Below, in pieces: positions 49,935 to 57,566 of a stretch of 64,000 nt of DNA. The notes beneath the pieces are model-generated. The model did not search any database, was not told where the DNA came from, and was given only the letters and a program-made list of their open reading frames with translations. Position 1 is the stretch's first letter, and every line of letters begins with the position of its first letter. The stretch comes from a virus (Duplodnaviria; Caudoviricetes). A program made the position numbers and the translations under genes. The stretch covers positions 11,996 to 75,995 of the IMG/VR virus record IMGVR_UViG_3300037512_000871. One strand, written 5' to 3'.

Positions 49935-50273
49935 TCATTCCCCATCCCTCACTTTCCGCAGGAGTTCTCGCGCTTCATGTTCAAAACACAACTTGCTGTC
50001 TTCATACGTGCAATCCTTAGAAAGTAACTGCTCACAATCTACAGGAGAACCACAATGGTCGTAAATGCAAACATTACAGCTTGAACAAATACAATGAAGA
50101 AGCGCATCATACAGTTCCGGCAGACGGGCGAGGCGGTTTGACATTTCCTTGTTTCGTGTTAAGCAGACTGGTTGATTTTTTGAATCATAAATCATGATTT
50201 CTTTGTAGGATTCCCAATCTTGAAACGATTTTTGCCACGGCGCATCGAAAAGTTGTTGGGTATCTTTAGTCAT
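49935..50273 (-). CDS. hypothetical protein
   Basis: RLARLPELYDAL motif, Cys cluster. Confidence 0.55.
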   Translation of the reverse strand: MTKDTQQLFDAPWQKSFQDWESYKEIMIYDSKNQPVCLTRNKEMSNRLARLPELYDALLHCICSSCNVCIYDHCGSPVDCEQLLSKDCTYEDSKLCFEHEARELLRKVRDGE

Positions 50274-50871
50274 TGATAATCAGCTCCTTTGCGTAAGGAA
50301 GTGTTTCAATCCAACCGCAGAAACGATGCCATTCCTGAAGTTTGTGGTTCTTACGCTGTTTGTAGATAGTTCGTAACTGCATGTAATTGGTAACAACATG
50401 AGCCGTCAACTGCAAACCCATAGGACAGCAGGCAACAAACTCATCGTAAGTGATGTGACCGTTCTTATACTCACAAAGAGCATCGTGGAGGTTAGACCAA
50501 TCAGCGTCACTTACATGTTCGGTTGCCACGTTACTTCCCATAAGCTGTTCAAGGCAGTGCATCTTAGACTGGCTTGAAACAATCTGGATGAAGTGATACC
50601 GTTCAAACTGCATCCACCATGTATTAGTTGCAGTCACATTGAACGACACCAAGATACCAGTGAGGAAGTTCTTATGCCCAGAACTATCATCACCAGCATT
50701 AACAAGACGGTGCGCCCTGTCTAATGCCAGCTTACCGACATTCAGTTCAGGGTTGTCGAAATCTTTTACTTGGCTGTCGAATACCTCAGCACAAAAATTG
50801 CATCTGAACGGAAATCCAGATGCAACCAAGGCTTCTTTTAGGTTGTAGACGTTTGTGTTGCTGACGTTCAT
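50266..50871 (-). CDS. divergent ThyX-like (flavin-dependent thymidylate synthase fold) protein
   Basis: HKNFL, WWMQFERY...SSQSKMH, PMG, NYMQLRTIYKQRKNHKLQEW. Confidence 0.6.
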   Translation of the reverse strand: MNVSNTNVYNLKEALVASGFPFRCNFCAEVFDSQVKDFDNPELNVGKLALDRAHRLVNAGDDSSGHKNFLTGILVSFNVTATNTWWMQFERYHFIQIVSSQSKMHCLEQLMGSNVATEHVSDADWSNLHDALCEYKNGHITYDEFVACCPMGLQLTAHVVTNYMQLRTIYKQRKNHKLQEWHRFCGWIETLPYAKELIIND

Positions 50872-51287
50872 TTCTTTCGTCTCCTTCTCGGTTTGGTTAT
50901 TAGTTTAAGTTCTTTGAGGAAATGGGTTGTCATCGCCCCAAGTAGATAACAATGTGTTTCTGCGTTACTGTCCTCTGCTTCAATACCACGAGGATGCAGA
51001 ATATTTACCGTTGCATGTAGAAGTTCGTGTATAAGAGTTGATACATGCTCCGGTGTTTTATCAATCTTAGGCATGAAGATAACGTTACCGAACAAGCCTC
51101 CGTCACAGTCACGTAAGTCCATAGTGATACCTTCCTTGTCCTTGCAGTCGTAAATCTTCTCTGTTTCTCTTTCATTCAGATGCAGATTCTCGACCATCCA
51201 ATGAGCGCAGAAGGTAGGCGTTCCAGTGATAAGATAAACGTAAGACGTATACGTATCGTTATAATATTCGTAGACCTTGTTTGCCAT
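50868..51287 (-). CDS. HExxH metallopeptidase-like protein
   Basis: TLIHELLHA...AETHCYL. Confidence 0.6.
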   Translation of the reverse strand: MANKVYEYYNDTYTSYVYLITGTPTFCAHWMVENLHLNERETEKIYDCKDKEGITMDLRDCDGGLFGNVIFMPKIDKTPEHVSTLIHELLHATVNILHPRGIEAEDSNAETHCYLLGAMTTHFLKELKLITKPRRRRKK

Positions 51288-51296
51288 AATCACTCC

Positions 51297-51899
51297 TTAT
51301 GGTTTTGGCAGTACGTTATAATAAGCTATGGAGGTATTCACGAACTTGATGTTTCTTCCGTCCGTTTTACACTTCATAAAGAACCAACCATCTTCACCTC
51401 TTCCTGTATGTCCGCCATGATATACGTGAAGTTCTCTCATGGTTTTGACTTTTGTTAGGAAGTTAGCCCAATCAATATGACCGACAGGATTAAAGGCGTT
51501 CATTATGTCTGGGTTGCCAAGATGAGGCAGGTTGAATATCTTAAAGACAATCATATCCTGACCTTCGCACTCATCAGCAATCGTCAGGAAACCACGATAA
51601 AGCAAGTTATCATCGTCAAGAATATACACATAGTCGTTATCAGAACCCACGTATTGTATAACTCTGTCAATCCACGATGAAAGCCACTCGTCATTCTCTT
51701 TCTTATCAGTAGCGTAAAAGACCGTAGTGTGTTCGTCATTAAATTGTGTAAACTCCGTGTAAGGTGTTCCAAAAGAAAGGTCAACGATAAGCGCATGAGT
51801 GTAGGTGTGGTGTGAATCCTTGAAGGCATATGTAATACTGTCCTTGACCTTTTGAATGTTGATCGGTTTATAGCACCGAGTTATAAAGACAAAGTTCAT
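51297..51899 (-). CDS. GT-A (GT2-like) glycosyltransferase, copy 2
   Basis: FITRC, LIVD, YVYILDDDN, IDWANF, EDG. Confidence 0.75.
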   Translation of the reverse strand: MNFVFITRCYKPINIQKVKDSITYAFKDSHHTYTHALIVDLSFGTPYTEFTQFNDEHTTVFYATDKKENDEWLSSWIDRVIQYVGSDNDYVYILDDDNLLYRGFLTIADECEGQDMIVFKIFNLPHLGNPDIMNAFNPVGHIDWANFLTKVKTMRELHVYHGGHTGRGEDGWFFMKCKTDGRNIKFVNTSIAYYNVLPKP

Positions 51900-51901
51900 G
51901 C

Positions 51902-52498
51902 TTACCTCTTCAGTTTATTATAGTAAGCAAGTTCACGGTCTACGAATTTAACGGAACACTTCTCAACCCAAACAGCATTGTTGAAGAAGTTACCGTCAAT
52001 CTCAGATGATTTCTTACCGTTTCTGAACACCTTGACGCGCTTCATAACATCAGCTCTCGTGATAAAGTTAGCCCAATCAATGTGTCTGATAGCGTTGCCA
52101 ATGTCAGAACGACCCCAAGACGGACGCCCTTTAACCTTGAACACGATTATATCCTCATCACTAATTTCTTTGCAGACGTCAAGGAAATCTGGATGAAGGA
52201 TATTATCATCGTCAAGGATATAAACGTAGCTGTCATTCGGTATGTTAAAAGCAACCAAAGCAGTATCAATATCGGAAGCCATGAACTTATCTCCATCAGT
52301 TTTGGAGTAGACATAGCTGACCTTATCCGCCTTATCTGCAAACGGCTTGAACTCTTCTTCCTTATGTCCTGATGTGCAGTCAACGATAAGGATATGTTTG
52401 TACGTGTGTTCCGTCAGTCCGAATACGTTGCGTATGCTGTCTTGTACTGCTTCAAGGTTATCAGGTCTTGAACACCTTGTGATGATTGTGAAGTGCAT
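51902..52498 (-). CDS. GT-A (GT2-like) glycosyltransferase, copy 1
   Basis: IITRC, LIVD, YVYILDDDN, IDWANF, IDG; clear paralog of the adjacent gene. Confidence 0.75.
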   Translation of the reverse strand: MHFTIITRCSRPDNLEAVQDSIRNVFGLTEHTYKHILIVDCTSGHKEEEFKPFADKADKVSYVYSKTDGDKFMASDIDTALVAFNIPNDSYVYILDDDNILHPDFLDVCKEISDEDIIVFKVKGRPSWGRSDIGNAIRHIDWANFITRADVMKRVKVFRNGKKSSEIDGNFFNNAVWVEKCSVKFVDRELAYYNKLKR

Positions 52499-52521
52499 AT
52501 TTTATCCTATATGGTTATTGT

Positions 52522-52597
52522 TGGTGGACTTGGCAGGGGTCGAACCTGCGACCAAGGGTTTATGAGACCCACGCTCTAACCTCTGAGCTACAAGTCC
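52522..52597 (-). tRNA. tRNA with CAT anticodon (probably Ile2, else elongator Met)
   Basis: GGACTTGTAGCTCAGAGGTTAGAGC...CTCATAA...GGTTCGACCCC...ACCA. Confidence 0.88.
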
Positions 52598-52600
52598 GAA

Positions 52601-52675
52601 TGGAGCCGGGCATCGGATTTGAACCGACAGCCAGTTGCTTACAAAACAACAGCTCTACCATTGAGCTAACCCGGC
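52601..52675 (-). tRNA. tRNA-Thr(TGT)
   Basis: GCCGGGTTAGCTCAATGGTAGAGC...TTTGTAA...GGTTCAAATCC...TCCA. Confidence 0.92.
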
Positions 52676-52676
52676 A

Positions 52677-52752
52677 TGGTCTCCCCGGTGGGATTCCAAC
52701 CCACAAAAATCGGTTTTTAAGACCGATGCCTATGGCGTTCGGCTACGAGGAG
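52677..52752 (-). tRNA. atypical tRNA-Leu(TAA), short variable loop
   Basis: CTCCTCG TA GCC GAACGCCATA GGC A TCGGT CTTAAAA ACCGA TTTTT GTGGG TTGGAAT CCCAC CGGGGAG ACCA. Confidence 0.8.
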
Positions 52753-52753
52753 T

Positions 52754-52870
52754 TGGATGCTGTCTTCGTTTATTGAGTCGCATACAGACAGCGGGGTACA
52801 CGTTGGAGTCAGGTCTTATGCCAAACCTGTCGGGTTCTGATAAACGGACAGAACTATCCCGAAGCGCATC
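52754..52870 (-). ncRNA. candidate structured RNA at the head of the tRNA cluster
   Basis: Three hairpins; ends in CCA 1 nt before tRNA-Leu. Confidence 0.4.
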
Positions 52871-52881
52871 ATGGAAGATGG

Positions 52882-53139
52882 TTAATCATACACAACGGTA
52901 GCTGGTCCTCCACATCCCGGACACATAGTCTTGTTCCGTGAATGTGTAGCGATTGGAGTTAAATCGTCAACGTCAGAATATCCGCAGTTAGGGCAATAAA
53001 TGCGAGGTGCTTTACAACCCCTGAAGAAATCCTGAACGGTATAATCACGTTCTGTTTCTTCCCAATCCATATCATAATCTTCGTGATGGGGCTTACCTTT
53101 ACTGCCCCATTCCTTCTCGTGTCTCTTTGTTTTACCCAT
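52882..53139 (-). CDS. zinc-ribbon protein
   Basis: CPNCG...CPGCG; RBS AGGAG. Confidence 0.65.
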   Translation of the reverse strand: MGKTKRHEKEWGSKGKPHHEDYDMDWEETERDYTVQDFFRGCKAPRIYCPNCGYSDVDDLTPIATHSRNKTMCPGCGGPATVVYD

Positions 53140-53171
53140 TGTTTGCTCCTGTTTGTGTTCGGGTTTACTAT

Positions 53172-53199
53172 AATATAGCACGACAAAGATAAAAGTCAA
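53172..53199 (-). promoter_or_regulatory. promoter TTGACT-N16-TATATT driving the tRNA/GT operon
   Basis: Consensus match. Confidence 0.75.
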
Positions 53200-53230
53200 G
53201 TGTTTTACGAAGATTTTTTGAAAAATTTTT

Positions 53231-53390
53231 GAGAAGTGTCTGCTCTCCTATGGGAAACCGTCAAGAAAACCATAGGAGGCAGACGTAGATGTATTTGTAG
53301 ATTCGCTAAGGCACATACATCAGGCACTCTCGAAAGGAATGGGTGAGAAAAAGTTATGGGAAAACTCACCCCGCCACATCTACAAGGCGG
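53231..53390. ncRNA. candidate multi-hairpin small RNA
   Basis: Four consecutive inverted repeats in 160 nt of non-coding DNA. Confidence 0.4.
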
Positions 53391-53405
53391 CTATGTCTGG
53401 ACGTC

Positions 53406-54923
53406 TCAACAACACCCCGACTGAGTAATCATATGTGAAAGTTTATCTGAATCGTCCATGGAAACACCGTCAAGCACCTCGGATAGAATGTTTGTCTTAC
53501 GGTCAAGCATACGAGCAAGCCTTTCATCAAGTGAGTTCTCGACAAAGTGAATATAACAAACTACTGGTTCCGTCTGCCCATTCCTATCCAGACGTGCGTA
53601 TAACTGATGCAAGTCACCGGGAGACCAGCATAGTTCACAGACCAATAACGTACTGCATACTGTCTGTAAACCGTCTAATCCTGTGCTAATAGACTGAATA
53701 TTGCCTATTAACAACCTGCAATCGGGGTCGTTAATGAACTTCTGGACAGCATCGTCTTTCTTCTTGGTCGATACAGAGCCATTAATCAAGACAGAGCAAT
53801 CCTTGAAGTTATCATAAAGAATCTGACCGCACTTCTCACGATGAACACAGGCAACCACAAGTTTATCATCGGTCTGTTCAAGGTAGTCTTTTATCCAACT
53901 TATCGTCAATGGCAACTTTATCCGAATTGCCTCCTGAAGATAAGCCTCGATAGACTGATTCATACGTGCGTTAGCCATGAATCTATCACGACTGCAAGCG
54001 TTCAGGTATTCGTGTTGCGCTCTGATTGCATCCTGTTCGAGCTGTTTAATATCATTGGATGCCACGTCAAGCGGTACAGCCCTTATTTGAACCTTTGGTA
54101 CTTCCTGATAGATGTCCTTCTTGGTGCGTCTTATCATCGTACCGGATTCTATCAGCTTCTTGTGTAGTTCAAGCGTATTTATCGACACGGATGCACGATT
54201 ATACTTATCCCTGTACGAATTGCAGTAACGCTGGTCATAAACGAAACGAGAAGGGAACAGGGAAGGATTGACCAGTTTTATCGTGTTGTACATATCCGCG
54301 TTTCTGTCCGTCAATGGAGTACCCGACAGGCAGATACAAGCCTTGACGTGTTTTCTTATCTCGAAGATGGCGCGTGTTCTGCCAGTGTTATCCGTTTTTA
54401 TCTTCTGAGATTCGTCAAGTATCATCATATCCCATTGAAACTCGCAAAGCGGTTCCATCCAAGCGTTGACTATATCATAATTTATAATAGTTATCCGCGA
54501 TTTAGAGATTTCCATGAGGTCTGCTCTATCATAAGTTGTCGAGTTGCAGACTTTCACATGCGGACACTTCTTTATCTCGTTTTGGAGGTTGCGTTTCCAT
54601 TGGAGCTTGATATTGGAAGGAACGACAATGAGCGTCTTCTTGGAACCTGACGCAACATGACATGCAATAGCAGAGCTTGACTTACCTGCACCCATAACGT
54701 CAGCAATCAGCAGGTTCCAGCTATGCTTCGCGGCTTCAATAACGGATGTAAGCTGATAGTGATACAGTACACGATTCAGCTTGCCGCCTAAAGTACGCAT
54801 GGATTTGGTGCTGTACCCTTTGCTTTCGAGGAGCTTCATGTTATCCTCGCTGTAAGGCATCCGATACAGCTTGCCATCTCTTTTATAGTAGAGATAGCCT
54901 GATTTGTAGCAAACTTTTTTCAA
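53406..54923 (-). CDS. SNF2-family helicase
   Basis: ADVMGAGKS, ILDESQ, LSGTP, GLDGLQ, QLYARLDRNGQ. Confidence 0.9.
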   Translation of the reverse strand: MKKVCYKSGYLYYKRDGKLYRMPYSEDNMKLLESKGYSTKSMRTLGGKLNRVLYHYQLTSVIEAAKHSWNLLIADVMGAGKSSSAIACHVASGSKKTLIVVPSNIKLQWKRNLQNEIKKCPHVKVCNSTTYDRADLMEISKSRITIINYDIVNAWMEPLCEFQWDMMILDESQKIKTDNTGRTRAIFEIRKHVKACICLSGTPLTDRNADMYNTIKLVNPSLFPSRFVYDQRYCNSYRDKYNRASVSINTLELHKKLIESGTMIRRTKKDIYQEVPKVQIRAVPLDVASNDIKQLEQDAIRAQHEYLNACSRDRFMANARMNQSIEAYLQEAIRIKLPLTISWIKDYLEQTDDKLVVACVHREKCGQILYDNFKDCSVLINGSVSTKKKDDAVQKFINDPDCRLLIGNIQSISTGLDGLQTVCSTLLVCELCWSPGDLHQLYARLDRNGQTEPVVCYIHFVENSLDERLARMLDRKTNILSEVLDGVSMDDSDKLSHMITQSGCC

Positions 54924-54954
54924 GGTTATGGTCTCCGATTGTTTGTTTGCAGAT

Positions 54955-54983
54955 AATATACACTCTCATCTTGTGTTTGTCAA
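54955..54983 (-). promoter_or_regulatory. promoter TTGACA-N17-TATATT (leftward of divergent pair)
   Basis: Consensus match. Confidence 0.75.
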
Positions 54984-55035
54984 GCCAAAAATCAAAGAAA
55001 ATCTAAAAATTTTTGTAAATAAGTGTCATATTTAT

Positions 55036-55064
55036 TTGACTTCTGCATAAGTAAAGTTTATATT
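55036..55064 (+). promoter_or_regulatory. promoter TTGACT-N17-TATATT (rightward of divergent pair)
   Basis: Consensus match. Confidence 0.75.
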
Positions 55065-55095
55065 TTACTTGTGCAAGAGTAAAATGGAGACAACG

Positions 55096-55719
55096 ATGAA
55101 CTTCACACGCAAAGACAATAACGGAAACGAAATCAAACCACCAGACGTGACGATGAATACACGCACCGACAAAGGTAACGATGAAGACAAACGCGCATGT
55201 AACGAAAACGACATGCCGACAGATACATGCACAGGCGTATTAGATGTTAGAGAAGCATTAATGACGGTAAAAGAAAATGAATCGCCGGATATGCCAATCG
55301 CTAATATGAAAGTTGAAACATTCCTTTGTAACATAGCAGAACAATCATTACATGGGATGCCTGCACTTGTTGACGCATACAAACGGTGCGGCTTCAATGT
55401 AGATAAACCACCTGCGCTTGTCCGTAATGATATTAGACGTCTACTTTTCAATAAGCGCATAAAGGAACGTCTTGCATATCTAAAAGAGTGTGAATGGGAA
55501 ATCAATAAGCCAGACCTATCATCCATTTGCAAGGAGTTCGAGAATATATTGAATGAAGAAGAGTTGGCTATGAACTCTCGTATCACTGCATTAAATTCCC
55601 TTGCAAAGTTAGCCGGATTACTTGAAAACAATCAACATAAATCAGACACAAAGGTAGCGGTCATTTTCAACACGTCAGAAAAGCCGCCTATTGATGTGAA
55701 AGTAGAACAGGTGAACTAA
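55096..55719 (+). CDS. terminase small subunit (putative)
   Basis: AYKRCGF...RRLL...IKERLAYL and RITALNSLAKLAGL, both typical TerS patterns. Confidence 0.65.
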   Translation: MNFTRKDNNGNEIKPPDVTMNTRTDKGNDEDKRACNENDMPTDTCTGVLDVREALMTVKENESPDMPIANMKVETFLCNIAEQSLHGMPALVDAYKRCGFNVDKPPALVRNDIRRLLFNKRIKERLAYLKECEWEINKPDLSSICKEFENILNEEELAMNSRITALNSLAKLAGLLENNQHKSDTKVAVIFNTSEKPPIDVKVEQVN

Positions 55720-56624
55720 TGAAAATTCATATCTGCCTCGTTACGAATGACAAGTGGTATCGTTTCATGCTCAGGACTATGTACGATATTATCATCCGCA
55801 AGAATCCTGAAACAGAAATCAAGTTCTATGTGCTTTTAGACCGTGTAGATAAATCCGATGAACTTAACACCTTTAACGCTATTGACGGCATTGAAGTCGT
55901 GAAGAAGAACATGGATTCCTATGAAGAGTTCGGTCAACTTAAAAGGTATCATTCGTATTGGGTCGGTCAGGAAAAGCATCTTAAATTCCTTATCCCTGAG
56001 CTTGACATTTTTGAAGGCGTTGACAGGGTTATCTACATGGATATTGATATGCTTGCCCGAAAAGACCTGACCGATATTTACACTGTCAATCTGAATGACA
56101 AGCCTATTGGACTGTGCCGAGATTATTACACGCTTCTCGATGGCTCATTTGCTCTGCCACCTGAAAGCCGTACAAAGCAACTGGAATCGGGTCTTATGGT
56201 TATGGACCTGCCGAAGTTGCGTGACATTCAATTTACGAAACAGTGTAAAGACATCGCTCCTTATCACTGTGGGGATATGCCAGTGGTCAATACGATATGC
56301 ACACCGATTGCACAGAAACTTGACCCGAAGTATCAGATTCCGTTCCATGAAATGAGTGTTATCGGCAATTTTAACATTATTGAACACTGGAACATTTTCA
56401 ACAACACTGCTTACGAAAACATTCAGGAACTTATCGACAAGAGTTATATATGGCATTTCTGTGGCGATAAGAAATATATGTACAATAAAATCAGTGTTGT
56501 CAAGATGGCATTTTATCTGTCTGAATCCCGCCTTGCTGCATTCCTTAAAACAGGAAATGTAATGGAATGGAAACCAGAAGATGATGCACCTCTTACGAAT
56601 ACATCAGATTTGAATGGTATCTGA
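55719..56624 (+). CDS. GT8-family glycosyltransferase
   Basis: IHICLVTNDKW, KFLIPEL, RVIYMDIDML, SGLMVMDL, GDMPVVN, IWHFCG. Confidence 0.85.
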   Translation: MKIHICLVTNDKWYRFMLRTMYDIIIRKNPETEIKFYVLLDRVDKSDELNTFNAIDGIEVVKKNMDSYEEFGQLKRYHSYWVGQEKHLKFLIPELDIFEGVDRVIYMDIDMLARKDLTDIYTVNLNDKPIGLCRDYYTLLDGSFALPPESRTKQLESGLMVMDLPKLRDIQFTKQCKDIAPYHCGDMPVVNTICTPIAQKLDPKYQIPFHEMSVIGNFNIIEHWNIFNNTAYENIQELIDKSYIWHFCGDKKYMYNKISVVKMAFYLSESRLAAFLKTGNVMEWKPEDDAPLTNTSDLNGI

Positions 56625-56637
56625 TAATTTATGACCC

Positions 56638-56686
56638 GCCGTGGGATGCTGTCTGTGATGGCGCAAAAATCCCACGGCTTATTTTT
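56638..56686 (+). terminator. terminator-like hairpin after GT8
   Basis: GCCGTGGGAT/ATCCCACGGC stem followed by TTATTTTT. Confidence 0.6.
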
Positions 56687-56933
56687 GCGTATAATTGCTA
56701 ATAAACCTACACAACTTGCTATAAATCGTGTAAGATAATGAGCGTTTTGGCATGGTTTTGTAAGTGTTTGATTACCAATACGTTATAACTTTGTAGTGCG
56801 TATATGGTAAATATATAGGGAAACAGGTAACAATAACTTTGATATTATCATTGTTATAGTTTGGTGTTATCTATTCTATTTGATTTATTTTTCTATTTTT
56901 AATTCTCTTGTGTACGTGTGTATGTGCGCGTAT

Positions 56934-57092
56934 CTATATTATACTTGGGTTCGTAGTATTGGCGTCATCCTCATGGGTTTGGTCATAAAGACAGTACCAA
57001 TACATTTCATCGCATTCGTAACCGTCTTTATCAATGTAATGACGGCGACAGTCAACACGATTCTTACATTTGAAGCAGGTTTCCAGTTTCAT
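56934..57092 (-). CDS. small Cys-rich protein (52 aa, not in ORF track)
   Basis: MKLETCFKCKNRVDC...WYCL. Confidence 0.45.
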   Translation of the reverse strand: MKLETCFKCKNRVDCRRHYIDKDGYECDEMYWYCLYDQTHEDDANTTNPSII

Positions 57093-57194
57093 AAGGGCTT
57101 GACCTCGGACGGATTTGGTTTAGACGGCTTAACTAATTTTAACGCGATTTAAGACAAGGTAAACGACCGACCCGATAAAGATATAGGGTAACAC

Positions 57195-57240
57195 TAAAAC
57201 CGCGCTTAAAACGCCCTAAAACCGCCTTAAAAACGATTTA
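57195..57240. repeat. helically phased A-tract repeats
   Basis: TAAAA starting at 57195, 57207, 57217, 57228, separated by C/G-rich spacers. Confidence 0.65.
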
Positions 57241-57263
57241 CAAGTAGCATCGTAAAGTCGATA

Positions 57264-57566
57264 CTATTTCAATTTGATTTTCGACTGGTTAAAGGCTATG
57301 AAGGAATCAATATCACATCCTCCAATCACAGCCTTTATGACTTCCTTCTCAAAATCAGAAAGCACGTCATAATTAACAGAACCGTCATTGTAAAATTTAT
57401 ACCTCGCTCTTAATGCAAACAGTTTGAGTATCTGTTTTTTATGCATTTGGTTTTCAGATACATTTAGATTGGAGTTTACATACATCAATGCAAGGATATA
57501 GTCAAGTACCGATGCATTTCCGTACTTTATCCTCTCAAACGTTATGAGAAATTGGTCGTGTGTCAT
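57264..57566 (-). CDS. hypothetical protein
   Basis: ATGA coupling. Confidence 0.55.
   Translation of the reverse strand: MTHDQFLITFERIKYGNASVLDYILALMYVNSNLNVSENQMHKKQILKLFALRARYKFYNDGSVNYDVLSDFEKEVIKAVIGGCDIDSFIAFNQSKIKLK

Noticed and set aside
56644-56654. GGATGCTGTCT shared with 52755-52765
   Set aside because: An 11-bp match is expected by chance in 64 kb
56880-57152. 90-aa hydrophobic + strand ORF
   Set aside because: Arises from T-rich DNA, lacks an RBS and lies past the terminator; the - strand Cys-rich ORF is more plausible
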